A DNA stretch of 64,000 nt from the NCBI GenBank assembly GCA_964016885.1, contig OZ024748.1:26102001-26166000 (forward strand), given 5' to 3'. A program made the translations under genes and the position numbers. A model generated the notes under the pieces. The model ran no database searches. It was not told the origin of the DNA and worked only from the letters and a program-made list of their open reading frames with translations. Shown here in pieces: positions 1 through 12,456 of this stretch (its first letter is position 1; every line of letters starts with the position of its first letter). Source of the DNA: Eledone cirrhosa (Eukaryota).

Positions 1-775
1 CTAGCTGCAAAAGGCTTCTCCCTCAGAATGAAAGGCAGACTGTATGATGCGTGTATCCGAACAGTGATGTTGCATGGTAGCGAGACCTGGGCGCTGAAGG
101 TGGAAGACTTACGTAGATTAGAGAGAAACGAAGCCTGCATGCTCCGATAGATGTGTAACAATAATATACGTGAACGACAAAGCATAAATGAATTGAGAGA
201 GAGACTGAGCATAAGAGGAATCAAATGCTGTGTGCAGGAGAGGCGGTTGCGCTGGTATGGACATGTGATGCGTATGAAGGATGACAGCTGCATAAAAAGG
301 TGCAGAGCACTAGAAGTTGATGGAAACCGCGGAGTGGGGAGACCCAAGATGACCTGGGATGAGGTGATGAAAGCCGACCTTACCCAATTACACCTCTCAA
401 AGACAATGACACACGACCGTGACTTCTGGCGTCACGCAGTAATACGGAGTACCCGACCTCCCATGGGTACAAGCTGAAGCATATAGACAATATGCCCCCA
501 CACCCCCCACCGCAAGGTGGTCGTGGAGGTGCCATGGCAAAAAAGCACCCAGCCCACACTGTAAAGTGGACATGTAGGCGCCACGAAAAAGCACCCAGCA
601 CTCACTGTAAATGAGGTTGGTGTTAAGAAGGGCATCCAGCTGTAGAAATCAAGCCAAATCAGTTCCTGTATGAGCAAGGCATGGTCAGCCGACCAGACAC
701 TGCCCACAACAGGACAACCCGTCTAACCCATGCTAGCGTGGAAGAACGGACGTAAAACGGTGATGATGATGATGA

Positions 776-778
<3 letters not shown>
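1..778 (+). mobile_element. RTE-clade LINE 3' part with extended 3'UTR and (GAT)n tail
   Basis: ORF2 C-terminus (MLHGSETW...RRLRWYGHVMRM...GRPKMTW) with an in-frame stop at 148-150; ends in GTGATGATGATG at a (TA)n tract. Confidence 0.85.
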
Positions 779-825
<47 letters not shown>

Positions 826-896
826 CGAAGGAAATGTGGTAAGGAACCAAAAAACTCCGTAGCAACTTAACAGAGTATGATAACACCAACGACATC

Positions 897-2719
897 ATGG
901 TGCACTCGGATAAAACTGGTAACCTCTACTTTGTCAACCCCGACAGATACCACACACTGATCAGGAGCAGCCTAAACTCCACCTATAAAAAGGCTAACCA
1001 CTCATGCATCGAGGACATAAATCGAGATGGACAACAAATTACCTCCAGTCTCAGGGTCGCCGACCGCACGGAATCCCTAGACCCACGGACACCCTACTTC
1101 ACACTGAAGGACCACAAATCCGATTTCGACCGCAAACCTTCTATCAGGCTTATAAACCCAACAAAGTCCGACATAGGGAGAATCAGCAAAAAAATCCTAG
1201 ACCGCGTGATACCAACAGTTAAGCAACACGCCAGACTTAGCCTATGGGTCAATACCCAGGAAGTGATCTCATGGTTCAGCAATATGGAGGAAAAACGAGA
1301 CACTAAATTCATCCAGTTTGACATAGAGAGTTACTATGCTTCAATCACCTTACCGCTACCTTGGACTTCGCCGAAACACTTGTGCCCGTCACCGACCAGG
1401 AAAGAAACATCATCCTCCCCGCCAGGAAGACAGCCTTACTCTTCGACAACTCCAAATGGATAAAGAGAGCTCCCGACTCACCCTTTGACGTCAGCATGGG
1501 CGCGACGGATTCGGCTGAGGTCACAGATCTTATAGGATTATTCCTAATAGCCAAACTCACCGATTTGTTTCCTGCATTCGGCGGTGGATTGTACCGTGAT
1601 GATGGGCTCCTTACCCTTAAAGGGTACAACCCCAGTAGTACAGATCGGGTCCGTAAACAATTAATCAGCTTCTTCCGCAACTGGGGATTTAAAATAACCC
1701 TACAAACGTACCTGACCCGAGTTAACTTCCTGGATGTTACCCTTGACCTCGATAATGATCTGTACTACCCATACAGGAAACCTAACGACAACATGCACTA
1801 CATCCACCGCCGGTCAAACCATCCTAGGAACATCACCAATAACCTGGTTAAAAACATCTCCCTCCGCATATCTCGTTTGTCAGCTAATGAGCACATATTC
1901 GAGGAACATGCGCCTTACTACAACCAGGCCCTCAAGCGGAGTGGTTTCCGGGAGGAAATATCCTCCTGTCCAGCTTCCATTAGCGGAACCAGCAGGCGAT
2001 ACTGCCGCTCACGCAACGTAACATGGTTCAATCACCCCCACAACGCCGAGGTGACAACTCCTATCGGGAAAATTTTCTTTAGGCTCATTGAAAAACACTT
2101 CCCACTACAACACCGCTACCACAACATAATTAACAAAAATACCATCAAACTCTCCTACAGCACCACACCAAACTTTGCACAAAACATCGTCTCCTCTAAC
2201 AACAAAAAACTCAACCCCCATGGAGGAAATAACCGAAATAGCAGTGGAGAGCCGACCAGGAGGTGCAACTGTCCTGATGGATCCATTTGCCCCCTCGACA
2301 ACAGATGCAGAGATCGTAATGTGATCTACCAGTGCAACGTGAGGACGGACACCTCCAACAAAGCCTATATAGGATTAACCGCATGGGACTTCAAGACCCG
2401 GCTATATCAACACAGACATACCTTCCGAAACCCGGCCCGGCGTCACGCCACTACACTTTCAGGCCACATATGGGACCTCAAGGATAACAATATTACCTAT
2501 GATCTCACTTGGAGCTTACTGTCCAGAGCCAACTCTTACACGGGAGGACGCCGTCCGTGCAATTTATGCTCGGAGGAAACTTTACAAATGCTGTTCTTGA
2601 CGGACCAACTCCTAAACAAGAAAGATGAACTGGTTACTGCATGTAAACACCGATTGCGTAGGACTTACCTCGCCCTCAAACCCCATAATGACCCGGAGGG
2701 GGGGGGGGGGGTAGACTAG
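897..2719 (+). pseudogene. Penelope RT + GIY-YIG endonuclease ORF with one frameshift near 1345-1360
   Basis: Motifs DKT, FDIESYYASI, MGATDSAEV, YRDDGL, CNCxxxxxCPLxxxC, VIYQC...YIGLT, RLYQH, CNLC, split across ORFs 897..1463 and 1361..2719. Confidence 0.9.
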
Positions 2720-3823
2720 GGCTATAACACCCCACTTGCCGATTTTGTATCGGGTAACTCCTGCTTGCAAAGGTAGACCTAATATCTTCTATATCTTTTT
2801 ATCACTTCCTCTATATTTCCTTCTTCCCCCCATCCCCCCTAGTCCTTCCACCCCAGTCCCCTTTCTTTGTCGTCGTCCTTTTACTTTCTCGCCCACCCGA
2901 GGCAGCCCCTCGGTCCCTTGTAGCCTCAGTACCACCACCCCCTTCCCCTAATCTATGATAGATTTGGCCGACTCCGCTTTTTATAGCAGATGTGTTAGAC
3001 CCCGGATACTAGCCTTCTTATCCGATGGCCGCACCTTTTCCGTGCTTTCTATATTTCTTAGTGGTATCTATTTTTTTTTTTTTTTTTTTTTGGGGGGGAT
3101 TCTGAATTAATTTTCCGTATCAAATTTTACATATACTTCGTACGAGCATTTATGTAGATTGCACTAGAATTTTTGTAGCGTGGCGGCACCCTTAGAGATA
3201 GTATTAGTATTCTTTTTCGGGATTCTGAATTATTATTTCATATTAGTTTTTTTTTTGCACTGGGTGGTTGCTGGCCTTGTGCCTGGGGTAGAAACCTTCA
3301 TTTCGTACTGGTCTCGGGACTCTGATTTATTATTTCGTGGTAGTTTCTTTAGTATTTTGGCCCCCCCACTTGTTGACCCGTCACCGTAAGATATATTCGG
3401 TTGTTTCCTTATACCTCTTAAAAGGGCCTATTATAATTCCGTCCCACCTAGTAAACCCTTCTTTAGTCTAGCAGTACCAGTGAGAGACTTGATAGCTGTC
3501 CTTAGGTTATAGTAACCAGAAATTGTTTTTTCTTTACACTTAATTGTTTTTTAACACTTCCGGTATTTTTCTATATATTTACCCCATATTGTTTTACTTA
3601 TTGTTTCGACCCCCCCCCCCTAGTATCTTCTTTGACCTCCTGCCCAGCCGTAGTTGGCACTATCAATGCACGACTGGGTTTCTTCCACCCTCTCTCCCTC
3701 TTTCTTCTACTGGCAGGTTCAGCTACCCCTTCCCTCCACAAATTGCCATGATAGAATTATTATGTCTCAACAACAAACTTTTGACCAATCCTTGTGACAA
3801 TCACTTTTACCATATATGGAATT

Positions 3824-3919
3824 ACCCCCTGAGAAGCTCGGCTATTCAAATACCAGGATAAAAATTTTCATTTAGTCCAGAATTAGCCGTCGAAACGGCT
3901 TGAGCTCAGCCGTCGGGGT
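3824..3919 (+). ncRNA. Type I hammerhead ribozyme motif in Penelope pLTR (variant core CUGAGAA)
   Basis: Stem I ACCCC/GGGGT; CTGAGAA; stem II CGGCTA/TAGCCG with a long loop; GAAA; stem III ACGGCT/AGCCGT; cleavage triplet GUC. Confidence 0.75.
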
Positions 3920-4002
3920 CCTACTCGTTCCTATATATATATACAGAGAGAGGAATGTACGTGTGTGTATTGAGAGAGAGAGGCAGAAAGAGAAAGACTT
4001 AC

Positions 4003-4115
4003 TTTAGACTGTTAGTTGTAACTTCATCAATCTCTTCATTATCACTGAATAAATGCAGGAGGTTCACCTTGTGGACAGCGTTCTCTGCTTCTGGGATACA
4101 CTGGATCACCTTTTG
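4003..4115 (-). CDS. IGBP1: IGBP1 coding exon 2 (gene continues beyond the left edge)
   Basis: Acceptor tttacttcag and donor gtaagt. Encodes QKVIQCIPEAENAVHKVNLLHLFSDNEEIDEVTTNSL(K), matching the conserved TAP42-family L-x-LFS-x-NE-x-x-x-E-(I/V)-x-x-x-x-LK segment. Confidence 0.88.
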
Positions 4116-4444
4116 CTGAAGTAAATAATAGTCAGTAGATAGTAGGGAGAAAATGTAGCTTTATTGAACCTCTTTCTTACCATATTTCTAATGAAAGACA
4201 TGTCGCCTTATGATTTTCAAATCATTTTGAAAATAATCAAGAAATTAAAAGTATTTCAATCTGGTGTTTGAATCATAGCTTAACAATAGTTAATAGTTCT
4301 TATATAAGATTATGACAGAAGGTTTTCAGATAAATATATACATGTGTATGTGTGTATGTTTTTTCTCAAAGAAATTTTTTTTTCACTTCTGCCACTGCCC
4401 ACTCTACTTTACCTTTCTATTTCTTTTTTAATTTATCATTCTAT

Positions 4445-4479
4445 TTTCTGATGAAGGACTAGCGTCCGAAACGTTAAGA
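4445..4479 (+). ncRNA. Minimal hammerhead ribozyme motif
   Basis: CTGATGA-A-GGAC-TAGC-GTCC-GAAA-CGTTA, with a palindromic AACGTT stem III region typical of PLE minimal hammerheads. A decayed homolog with the same flanks lies at ~57310-57345. Confidence 0.7.
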
Positions 4480-4764
4480 CTCTTTTCCTAATTCAAGCGT
4501 AAAACTAATATATTTCTTCATTGTACAGTGTCATTTGCTTTGTTATTTTTGTTGCCTTTTGCATACACATATGTGTCTGTCTTTCTGTTGTTTTTTTTTC
4601 CATTTTTTCTCCTGTAGAAAGAATTATATTTTGAATTATATTTTAAAGACAATCATGTATTTTTAATTATATTTTAAAGACAATCATGTATTTTTAATTA
4701 TATTTTAAAGACAATCATGCAAGCTTTTTTTCAAACTATCATTTATACACACACACAAATCAAA

Positions 4765-4831
<67 letters not shown>

Positions 4832-4857
4832 AAGTATATATATATGTATCCTTCTAG

Positions 4858-5535
4858 ATGGTCATCCCCTGTGCCGATGGCCTACATGCCCTCCAACACT
4901 TTCTCGACCATCACCCCTCCATCTCCACCCTTACTGAGCTGGTCATCACCCTCAACTGCTTTTACTTCTCAGGTGAGATCTACCAATATGTAACTGTGGT
5001 GGCCATGGGCACAAGGATGGGTCCCAACTGCACCAACCTATTTGTTTGCTATGTTGAGACCCAAATATTTGCCCAATACACCGGCCCCATACCTGAGCGA
5101 TACAGCCGTCATATTGACAACTGCATCAGTTCCACCTCACTCACCCAAGAACAGCTTGACTCCTTTCTCTCTTTCCTCTGTTCCTTCCACCCTGTACTCA
5201 ACTTCACCACCTGTCTCCATCAACCCCTCCCTCATAACCTCTGCTTTCTATAAACCTACTGACTCCCACTACTACCTCGATTTCACCTCATCCCATCCCA
5301 CCTACACCAAACACTCCATCCCCTACTCCTCCCAATTTCTCCAACTCCACCACCTATACAGCCGAACCCAGGTCTTTGAGGCTCAGGTCCATTACATGGC
5401 TAGGCACTTCAATTGGTGAGCCCCCCCCCCCGTCCAGGCTGCTCTCACCCACGCCCATGATGTCGACCGCCACCTCCCAACCAACTCTCTCTTGACTGGC
5501 CTTCTTCAGGACGGTCCCTCCCCCGCTGGACTTGA
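4858..5535 (+). pseudogene. Decayed Penelope-like RT fragment
   Basis: VAMGTRMGPNCTNLFV, RHIDN (YIDD-like), YKPTDSHYYLDFTSSHP...SIPYSSQF; frameshifted. Confidence 0.8.
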
Positions 5536-5784
5536 AAACAGTCATATATATATATATATACACACATATACATATATATATATATATACACACATATATA
5601 TATATATATACACACATATATATATATACACATATATATATATATATACATACACACATATATATATCATCATCATCATCATTTAACGTCCATGTTCCAC
5701 GCTTGCATGGGTTTGGACGGGAGTTTTCCCACTTGAGGCAAGAGTGGTTGTCTTGCTTGCATAGGACTGTCTGGCGGGTTTTCT

Positions 5785-5839
<55 letters not shown>

Positions 5840-6243
5840 CATCACAATTTAATACCAGACGATGTGATATGTACTTGAGCAAGGAAAAATGGACGTTACA
5901 TTGTGATGATATATTTATATATATATATATGTATATTTGGGAGAGGAAACGGTATATATTTTACTAGTGATTCTATAGACATGTTTTATGATATATATAC
6001 ATATATATATATATATATACATATTATATATACATATATATATACACATATATATATATACATATATATATATACATATATATATACATACATATATATA
6101 TATATACATATATATATATACACATATATATATATACACATATATATATATACATATATATATACATATATATATATACATACATATATATACATATATA
6201 TACATACATACATATATATACATACATACATATATATATATAC

Positions 6244-6370
<127 letters not shown>

Positions 6371-6379
6371 TATACACAC

Positions 6380-6464
<85 letters not shown>

Positions 6465-6489
6465 TATACATATATATATATATATATAC

Positions 6490-6545
<56 letters not shown>

Positions 6546-6546
<1 letters not shown>

Positions 6547-7111
6547 CATCATCATCATTTTACGTCCACTTTTCCCTGCTTGCAAGGGTGGGACAGGTCT
6601 TATTCAGCACAGCATCTCTCCACTCCTCACGGCCCTTCCTCATCTCCACCGTGATCTTCAGCGATCTGAGGTCTGTACTTACCACCTTTGCCCATGTTTT
6701 TCGTGGTCTACCTCTACCATGTCTTCCTTCAACTGGCATTTCCTGGCACTTCTTCACCCATCGGTCATCCTCCATGCGCATCACATGTCTATACCACCTC
6801 AGTCTCCTCTCTCGCACACTACATTCTATCCCTCTCAGACACAGTTTCTCTCTCAACACATTTATGCTGGGTCGTTCATGCACATTGACATTGCACATCC
6901 AACGGAGCATGCTTGCCTCATTTCTCTCCAGCCGTCGCATATCCTCTGCAGTTGCTGCCCATGTCTTACTACCATGCAGCATCGCGCTCCTCACACAGGC
7001 ATCATATAACCGGCCTTTCGTACGCAGGGAGAAACCCTTCTTCGTCAGCAGAGGAAGCACATCCCTTAACTTCTTCAAACCCATCCTTATTCTAGATACT
7101 ATGGCCTCGGA
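6546..7111 (-). mobile_element. RTE-clade LINE 3' fragment
   Basis: [18 protein letters not shown]...[12 protein letters not shown]...GRPRKTW; ends in a (GAT)n tail; flanked by (TA)n. Confidence 0.88.
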
Positions 7112-7148
7112 ACACACATATATATATAAATATATATACATATACATA

Positions 7149-7202
<54 letters not shown>

Positions 7203-7238
7203 CATATATATACATATATCCATACATATATATATATA

Positions 7239-7682
7239 CCTTACCCAACTACACCTCTCAAAGTCAATGACACACGACCGCACCTTACCCAACTACACCT
7301 CTCAAAGTCAATGACACACGACCGTGACTTCTGGCGTCACGCAGTAATACAGGGTACCCGACCTCCCATGGGTACATGCTGAAGCATATAAACAATATGC
7401 CCCCCCCCCCCACCGCAAGGTGGTCGTGGAGGTGCCACGGCAAAAAAGCACCCAGCCCACACTGTAAAGTGGACGTGTAGGCGCCACGAAAAAGCACCCA
7501 GCACTCACTGTAAATGAGGTTGGTGTTAGGAAGGGCATCCAGCTGTAGAAATCAAGCCAGATCAGTTCCTGTATGAGCAAGGCATGGTCAGCCGACCAGA
7601 CACTGCCCACAACAGGACAACCCGTCTAACCCATGCTAGCGTGGAAGAACGGACGTAAAACGGTGATGATGATGATGATGAT
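7239..7682 (+). mobile_element. Second copy of the RTE 3' end plus 3'UTR seen at 379-778, with its first ~43 nt duplicated
   Basis: Near-identical to 379-778 by eye; tandem duplication at its 5' junction. Confidence 0.85.
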
Positions 7683-7865
7683 ATATATACATATATATAT
7701 CTAGGAAGCTCCAACCGTTAAGGTTGTCTTTTTTCCGGGTATGTCAATATTTATTTATAAAACAAATCTGTATTTTATCTGATGAAAGCACACCATAATT
7801 TGCCTTGGTTGCCCTTGAAATATATATAAAATAAATATGGTTTTATAAATATAGTTTCCATTTAT

Positions 7866-7907
<42 letters not shown>

Positions 7908-8075
7908 TATATACACATATATATATATATATACATATTTAAATATACATATATATATACATATACATATACATATATATTTAAAGGTTAAACAAGGTTC
8001 AATGAATAAATCAATGAATAAAGTTTTACAATAGATTAGAAGCACTCCACAGTTTGGGTTTTCCGGAGTTATTAA

Positions 8076-8431
8076 TATTAATTCAAAATATTAACAAATA
8101 TAGACATTCATGTGATCAAGTATATTTTATTATACATATTTCAGAGGTATTGAGCTATCTTCAACAGTACGCCCTCATCAGATAAAATAAGATGATGCTT
8201 GACATACCTTGATTAAGTAGATGGTTAAAATTCAGTCATGGCAGTGACTGAATTTTAACCATCTACAGTCATGCCATTACTGAATTTTAACCATCTAGTT
8301 AGTCAAGGTATGTCAAGCATCATCTTATTTTATCTGATGAGGATGTACTGTTGAAGATACCTCTGAAATATGTATAATAAAATATATTTGATCACACGAA
8401 TGTCTATATTTATTAATATTTTGAATTAATA
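8076..8431. repeat. Long inverted repeat (inverted PLE pLTR pair) carrying hammerheads on both strands
   Basis: Arms ~8076-8245 and ~8265-8431 are reverse complements; nested hairpin at 8217-8266. Confidence 0.85.
8326..8384 (+). ncRNA. Hammerhead-like motif
   Basis: Stem I TATTTTAT/ATAAAATA, CTGATGA, weak stem II, GAAA, short stem III, AUA site. Mirror copy on the minus strand at 8123-8189. Confidence 0.55.
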
Positions 8432-8465
8432 GCTGGATAGCTGAAACAGGTAAAAGAGTAAAAGA

Positions 8466-8496
<31 letters not shown>

Positions 8497-8689
8497 CATA
8501 TATCATCATCATTTCATTTTACGTCCACTTTTCCCTGCTTACAAGGGTGGGACGGGAACTGATTCTGGCTTGATTTCTACAGCTGGATGCCCTTCCTAAC
8601 ACCAACCTCATTTACAGTGAGTGCTGGGTGCATTTTTGTCGGGGCACCTCCACGACCACTTTACAGTGGAATGATAGGGATCCCAGTCC

Positions 8690-8838
8690 TTATCATCTCA
8701 TTTCTACAGCTGAGTAAACTGGAGCAACGTGAAATAAAGTGTCTTGCTCAAGGAAACAACCCATCACCCGGTCTGAGAATTGAACTCACAACCTTTCGAT
8801 TGCAAGGCCAATGCTCTAACCACTAAGCCATGTGCCTC
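8690..8838 (-). mobile_element. tRNA-headed SINE fragment (second family)
   Basis: Minus strand shows TGGCTTAGTGGTTAGAGC (A box) and GAGTTCAATTC (B box). Related copies at ~10965-11230 (+) and ~36790-37235 (-). Confidence 0.65.
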
Positions 8839-8839
8839 C

Positions 8840-8873
<34 letters not shown>

Positions 8874-10364
8874 GCACACATTCATATATATATATACATA
8901 TGTATATATATCATCATGATGTAACGTCCATTTTTCCAGGCTAGCATGGGTTAGACAAGTTGTCCCATTATGAGTCAAGTCAAGTCAGATGACCATGTCC
9001 TTCTCATACAGAACTGTTTCTGGCTTGGTTTCTATGACTGGATGTTCTTCCTTATGCCATCCACATTTACAGTGGACTGGGTGCTTTTTGTTGCATCACC
9101 GACATGACTACTACACAGTGCGGACTAAACGACCATTTTACAGTGTGGACTGGGCCTTTTTTTATCATGTCACCAACATGTATGTATGTCTATATATATC
9201 ACAAAAGAAATGACAAAGGACCACGATGTTTGGCAGCTTGCAGTGCTGGAATAAACCTCGTCTCTTTCTTAGAGAATGCACTCATGAGTACATTTAATGG
9301 GGTCTCATCCGACGCCTGCCTCCCAAGACAGTGGGGGTGTGATTTAAAACAGGTCTACAACTGTGCAGTAGCTCTCTCATTGGCTCATATATGTTGAATT
9401 TGTTGTTGCTTAACCCTAATTGAAGGAGTGCGAGCCATGGCCATCTGGTCTATTCAAGACAGTGTATATATGACATCATCATTTTTACGTCCGCTTTTCC
9501 GTAAGTACGACGATGATGATTGGATAATGTAATCATATATACACCTTGTCCTTTAATTTGGAAAGGCGATAAGGGTGTGATTTAAGGGAAATTTGGCTGC
9601 TATTTCTAGTAGGTTGAGCAAGTGTTTTCTTGTTACTTAAAAAGTAACCCCCTGAACTGCTATAACTGTTGTCAACAAAAAGTGTAAAAAGTATGATGGA
9701 ATTTGGCAATAATACATGAACTATAAAGGCATGGGCCAGAGTTTTACGTAGAAACGTTGTGTGGTTTGATGGATGTGTAAATGCCAACATTGAACAAGAG
9801 AGGAGCTACAAAAGACACAGGCAATATGCAGGGGAAACGGTCATGTAATATGAATAGATAAGGTGTGTCGTTCAGTGGAATAGGTATCCTGAGGTGATGT
9901 GTCCACTGTACAAGTAGATTATATGCATGTCGGTTTTGATAACATTCTGTAATGACAGTTATGTCGGGAAAATCTTTTAAAGAAACGAAATATTATTTAG
10001 TTCATTAAGTAAACATTGATTGAATAGTTCTCACAGCTTACATCTACGACTGATCTTAATAGTTTGCTGTTTAGAACAATACTGAAATAAACAAACTGCC
10101 TTTCACAAAGCATTAAACGTATCAGGTGATACTCGCGAAGGTGCTTGCTTATTCCAGTGTCTTAGCCTCGCTATCACCCGCAGCCTAAAAAATTCCAAGA
10201 GGGAAACTCCAATGCCTCTTGTAACGTATGATTTGAGTATGAGTGCCTTATCGCTCTTTTTTTAAAATATAAATTATAATTATTTGTCTGCGTTCTATTG
10301 AAATATAATCGCGCAGACTGCTTGTTAAATTAAGCGATCAATTGTGTAAGGTCTAATATATTAC

Positions 10365-10484
10365 CTGATATTCAGCATCTGATGTGGCTAGGTCTGACGA
10401 CTCGAGACATTCGTAAGATGTTAATAATTTCTTAAATATCGAAGAGAGTGTATCACATTCATTGACAGTCTCATTCTGTGCCAT
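10365..10484 (-). CDS. IGBP1: Immunoglobulin-binding protein 1 (alpha4/Tap42, PP2A regulator), coding exon 1
   Basis: ATG at 10484 (minus) gives 40 codons, MAQNETVNECDTLSSIFKKLLTSYECLESSDLATSDAEYQ, followed by the donor GTAATA. It splices in frame (phase 0) to the exon at 4003-4115. Resembles the alpha4 N-terminus, recognised from memory. Confidence 0.85.
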
Positions 10485-10559
10485 CTTGTCACCTGGAGAT
10501 ACGAGTTACTTCCCTTAGATGAGCAGGAGCTCTCCGGATCAGCCTGTTTCGTCTTCTCT
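10485..10559. promoter_or_regulatory. Bidirectional promoter / 5'UTR interval between IGBP1 and FMC1
   Basis: 75 bp between divergent start codons. A YY1-like AAGATGGC overlaps the IGBP1 ATG. Confidence 0.65.
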
Positions 10560-10631
10560 ATGGCTCTCAGCACAAACACAATGTCCCTATGGAGGGGCAT
10601 TATACGCGAACTAAAGTTTATTTACGGCAAG
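10560..10631 (+). CDS. FMC1: FMC1 (mitochondrial complex V assembly factor, C7orf55 homolog), coding exon 1
   Basis: ATG at 10560 gives MALSTNTMSLWRGIIRELKFIYGK followed by the donor GTAAAT. Compare the human FRGLLRELR motif (LYR-like). Confidence 0.9.
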
Positions 10632-11981
10632 GTAAATTGATTTATTCTCATATAACAAATCCCCATGTCTCTTGTGAGTGTTGCTTTTAGACTGCCTTCC
10701 TTCTAAATCAATACATCTTTGTTGGGATTTGTTTATCATGTCCATTTATCGTATTCTTTTGACGAATTTATTTTTTCAATAAATTTGTCAGGAAACTCAT
10801 ACATGTTTATATATGCATCAGGTTATTTTTATTATAATTCCTTTAACAGTCCCAGAAAATATAATCTCTTGTTAAAAAGTTCTCTCCGAACAACCTTGGT
10901 AGGTCACAGAACATGTAAAGGGAGGTAAGCACCAATATTTTACAGAAATTGTTGTTTACTAATAGAGGTCCGCGGCTTAAGTTTCTGCTTTCGATTTGTG
11001 TCTTGTGCTCTTGAGCAAGAAACTTTATTTTACGTTGCTTCAGTCTAGTCAGCTGACAAAAATAAGTTGTACCTGTAATTCAAAGAGCCAGCCTTGTCAC
11101 ACATTGTATCATGTAGAATCTCCCTGAGAATTACTTTAAGAGTACATGTGTCTGTTGAATGCTCAGCCACTTGCACTTTAATATAACGATTTTCGAACAA
11201 CTAGAACACTCGTCATTGGAACCGACAGAAATCCAACACATATCACACAACATATTTTTTTATAGGAATTATAAATCGACTTCAAATATATCTTTCATTC
11301 TCAGAAAGCCCGTATTGGTGCTTGTAATCTAACATATTTGAATGTGGGTGACTGCTCGACCTGCTAGAAACAACTGTCAAATCTTTCTCAAAAGACACCT
11401 TACCTTCTTGGAGCGGGAAAGACATTAAATGATGTAGTTCTAGACATCAATATTCAAGTGAAGGATGGAATGGTTATGACTGGAACACTTTGATGATATG
11501 TCTGTTCAATGTCTGCTGACCTGGTACTAAACAACAACAGCAATATATTGCTGTAGAACTCCTTGAGTTTGATCCGACCCCTGTCCTGCTAAATTGACAT
11601 TTCACTGACTTTGTTCTAAACAACAACAATGTTTAGAAATGTCCGATAATATATCATCGGAACGTCGGACATGCTTTGAAGCATATAGTTACGCCCCTTT
11701 ACGTTCTGAGTTCAAATCCCGCCGAGATTAGTTTGGCCTTTCATCTTTACGAGGTCGATAAAATAAGTACCATTCCCCCCTCCCAAAATTGTTGGCCTTA
11801 TGCCTAAATCAGAAACCATTATTGTTTTTATTTTCACTTCAGTTAAACATTTAGAACAGTTATGAAGGTTTTTATGGTCGAATCTTATTTTACGCAGTAA
11901 AAAAAGTGAAAGTTGGAGCTGTTTTGATGATATAATTGACCGTAGCCTATTTTTAATCCATGGAATTTAACGTTTAATCTC

Positions 11982-12067
11982 ATTCACCTTAGCCCTCATA
12001 TGAAGCCCGTTCACCTTAGCCCTCATATGAAGCCCATTCACCTTAGCCCTCATATGAAGCCCATTCA
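11982..12067 (+). repeat. 27-bp tandem repeat, ~3 copies
   Basis: TTCACCTTAGCCCTCATATGAAGCCC(A/G) repeated. Confidence 0.85.
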
Positions 12068-12456
12068 TCTGAGATTAAATATTTGTCTGATAGAATCCAG
12101 CGATTAATAATTATTTCTACTTTTGGCACAAGGCCAGCAATTATCCCAGTTCATTACTAGTGCTTTGTTTTATCGACCCCGTAAGGATCAAAGGCACAGT
12201 TAACCTCGGCGGGCATAAAGGGGCATAATTTTATGCTGCCCGACCTTCTACCGATACTGCCAATCCCCCCACGATCAGCGACATCAACAAAACATCTCCA
12301 AGTTAATTTATTGTTTTTCTGTTGAAGCGTTAAATAAGATTCAACTTTTTTTGTTTTCACTTCAGTTAAACTTTTAGTACAGTTAAATGAAAACGTGAAG
12401 GTTCTATTATATTACAGTGAGTCATGTAAATATTTCGTTGTTCCAACAGACAATAT

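Larger units (their letters stand above)
823..3932 (+). mobile_element. Penelope-like retroelement (Naiad-like), 5'-truncated, inserted in (TA)n within IGBP1 intron 2 (antisense)
   Basis: RT plus GIY-YIG ORF, a long 3'UTR ending in a hammerhead-bearing pLTR, and (TA)n on both sides. The first ~35 nt resemble an inverted pLTR end (compare 45893-45925). Confidence 0.88.

Noticed and set aside
2720-3820. SECIS element / selenoprotein in the Naiad-like element
   Set aside because: No in-frame TGA at the cysteine positions and no convincing SECIS stem-loop by eye.
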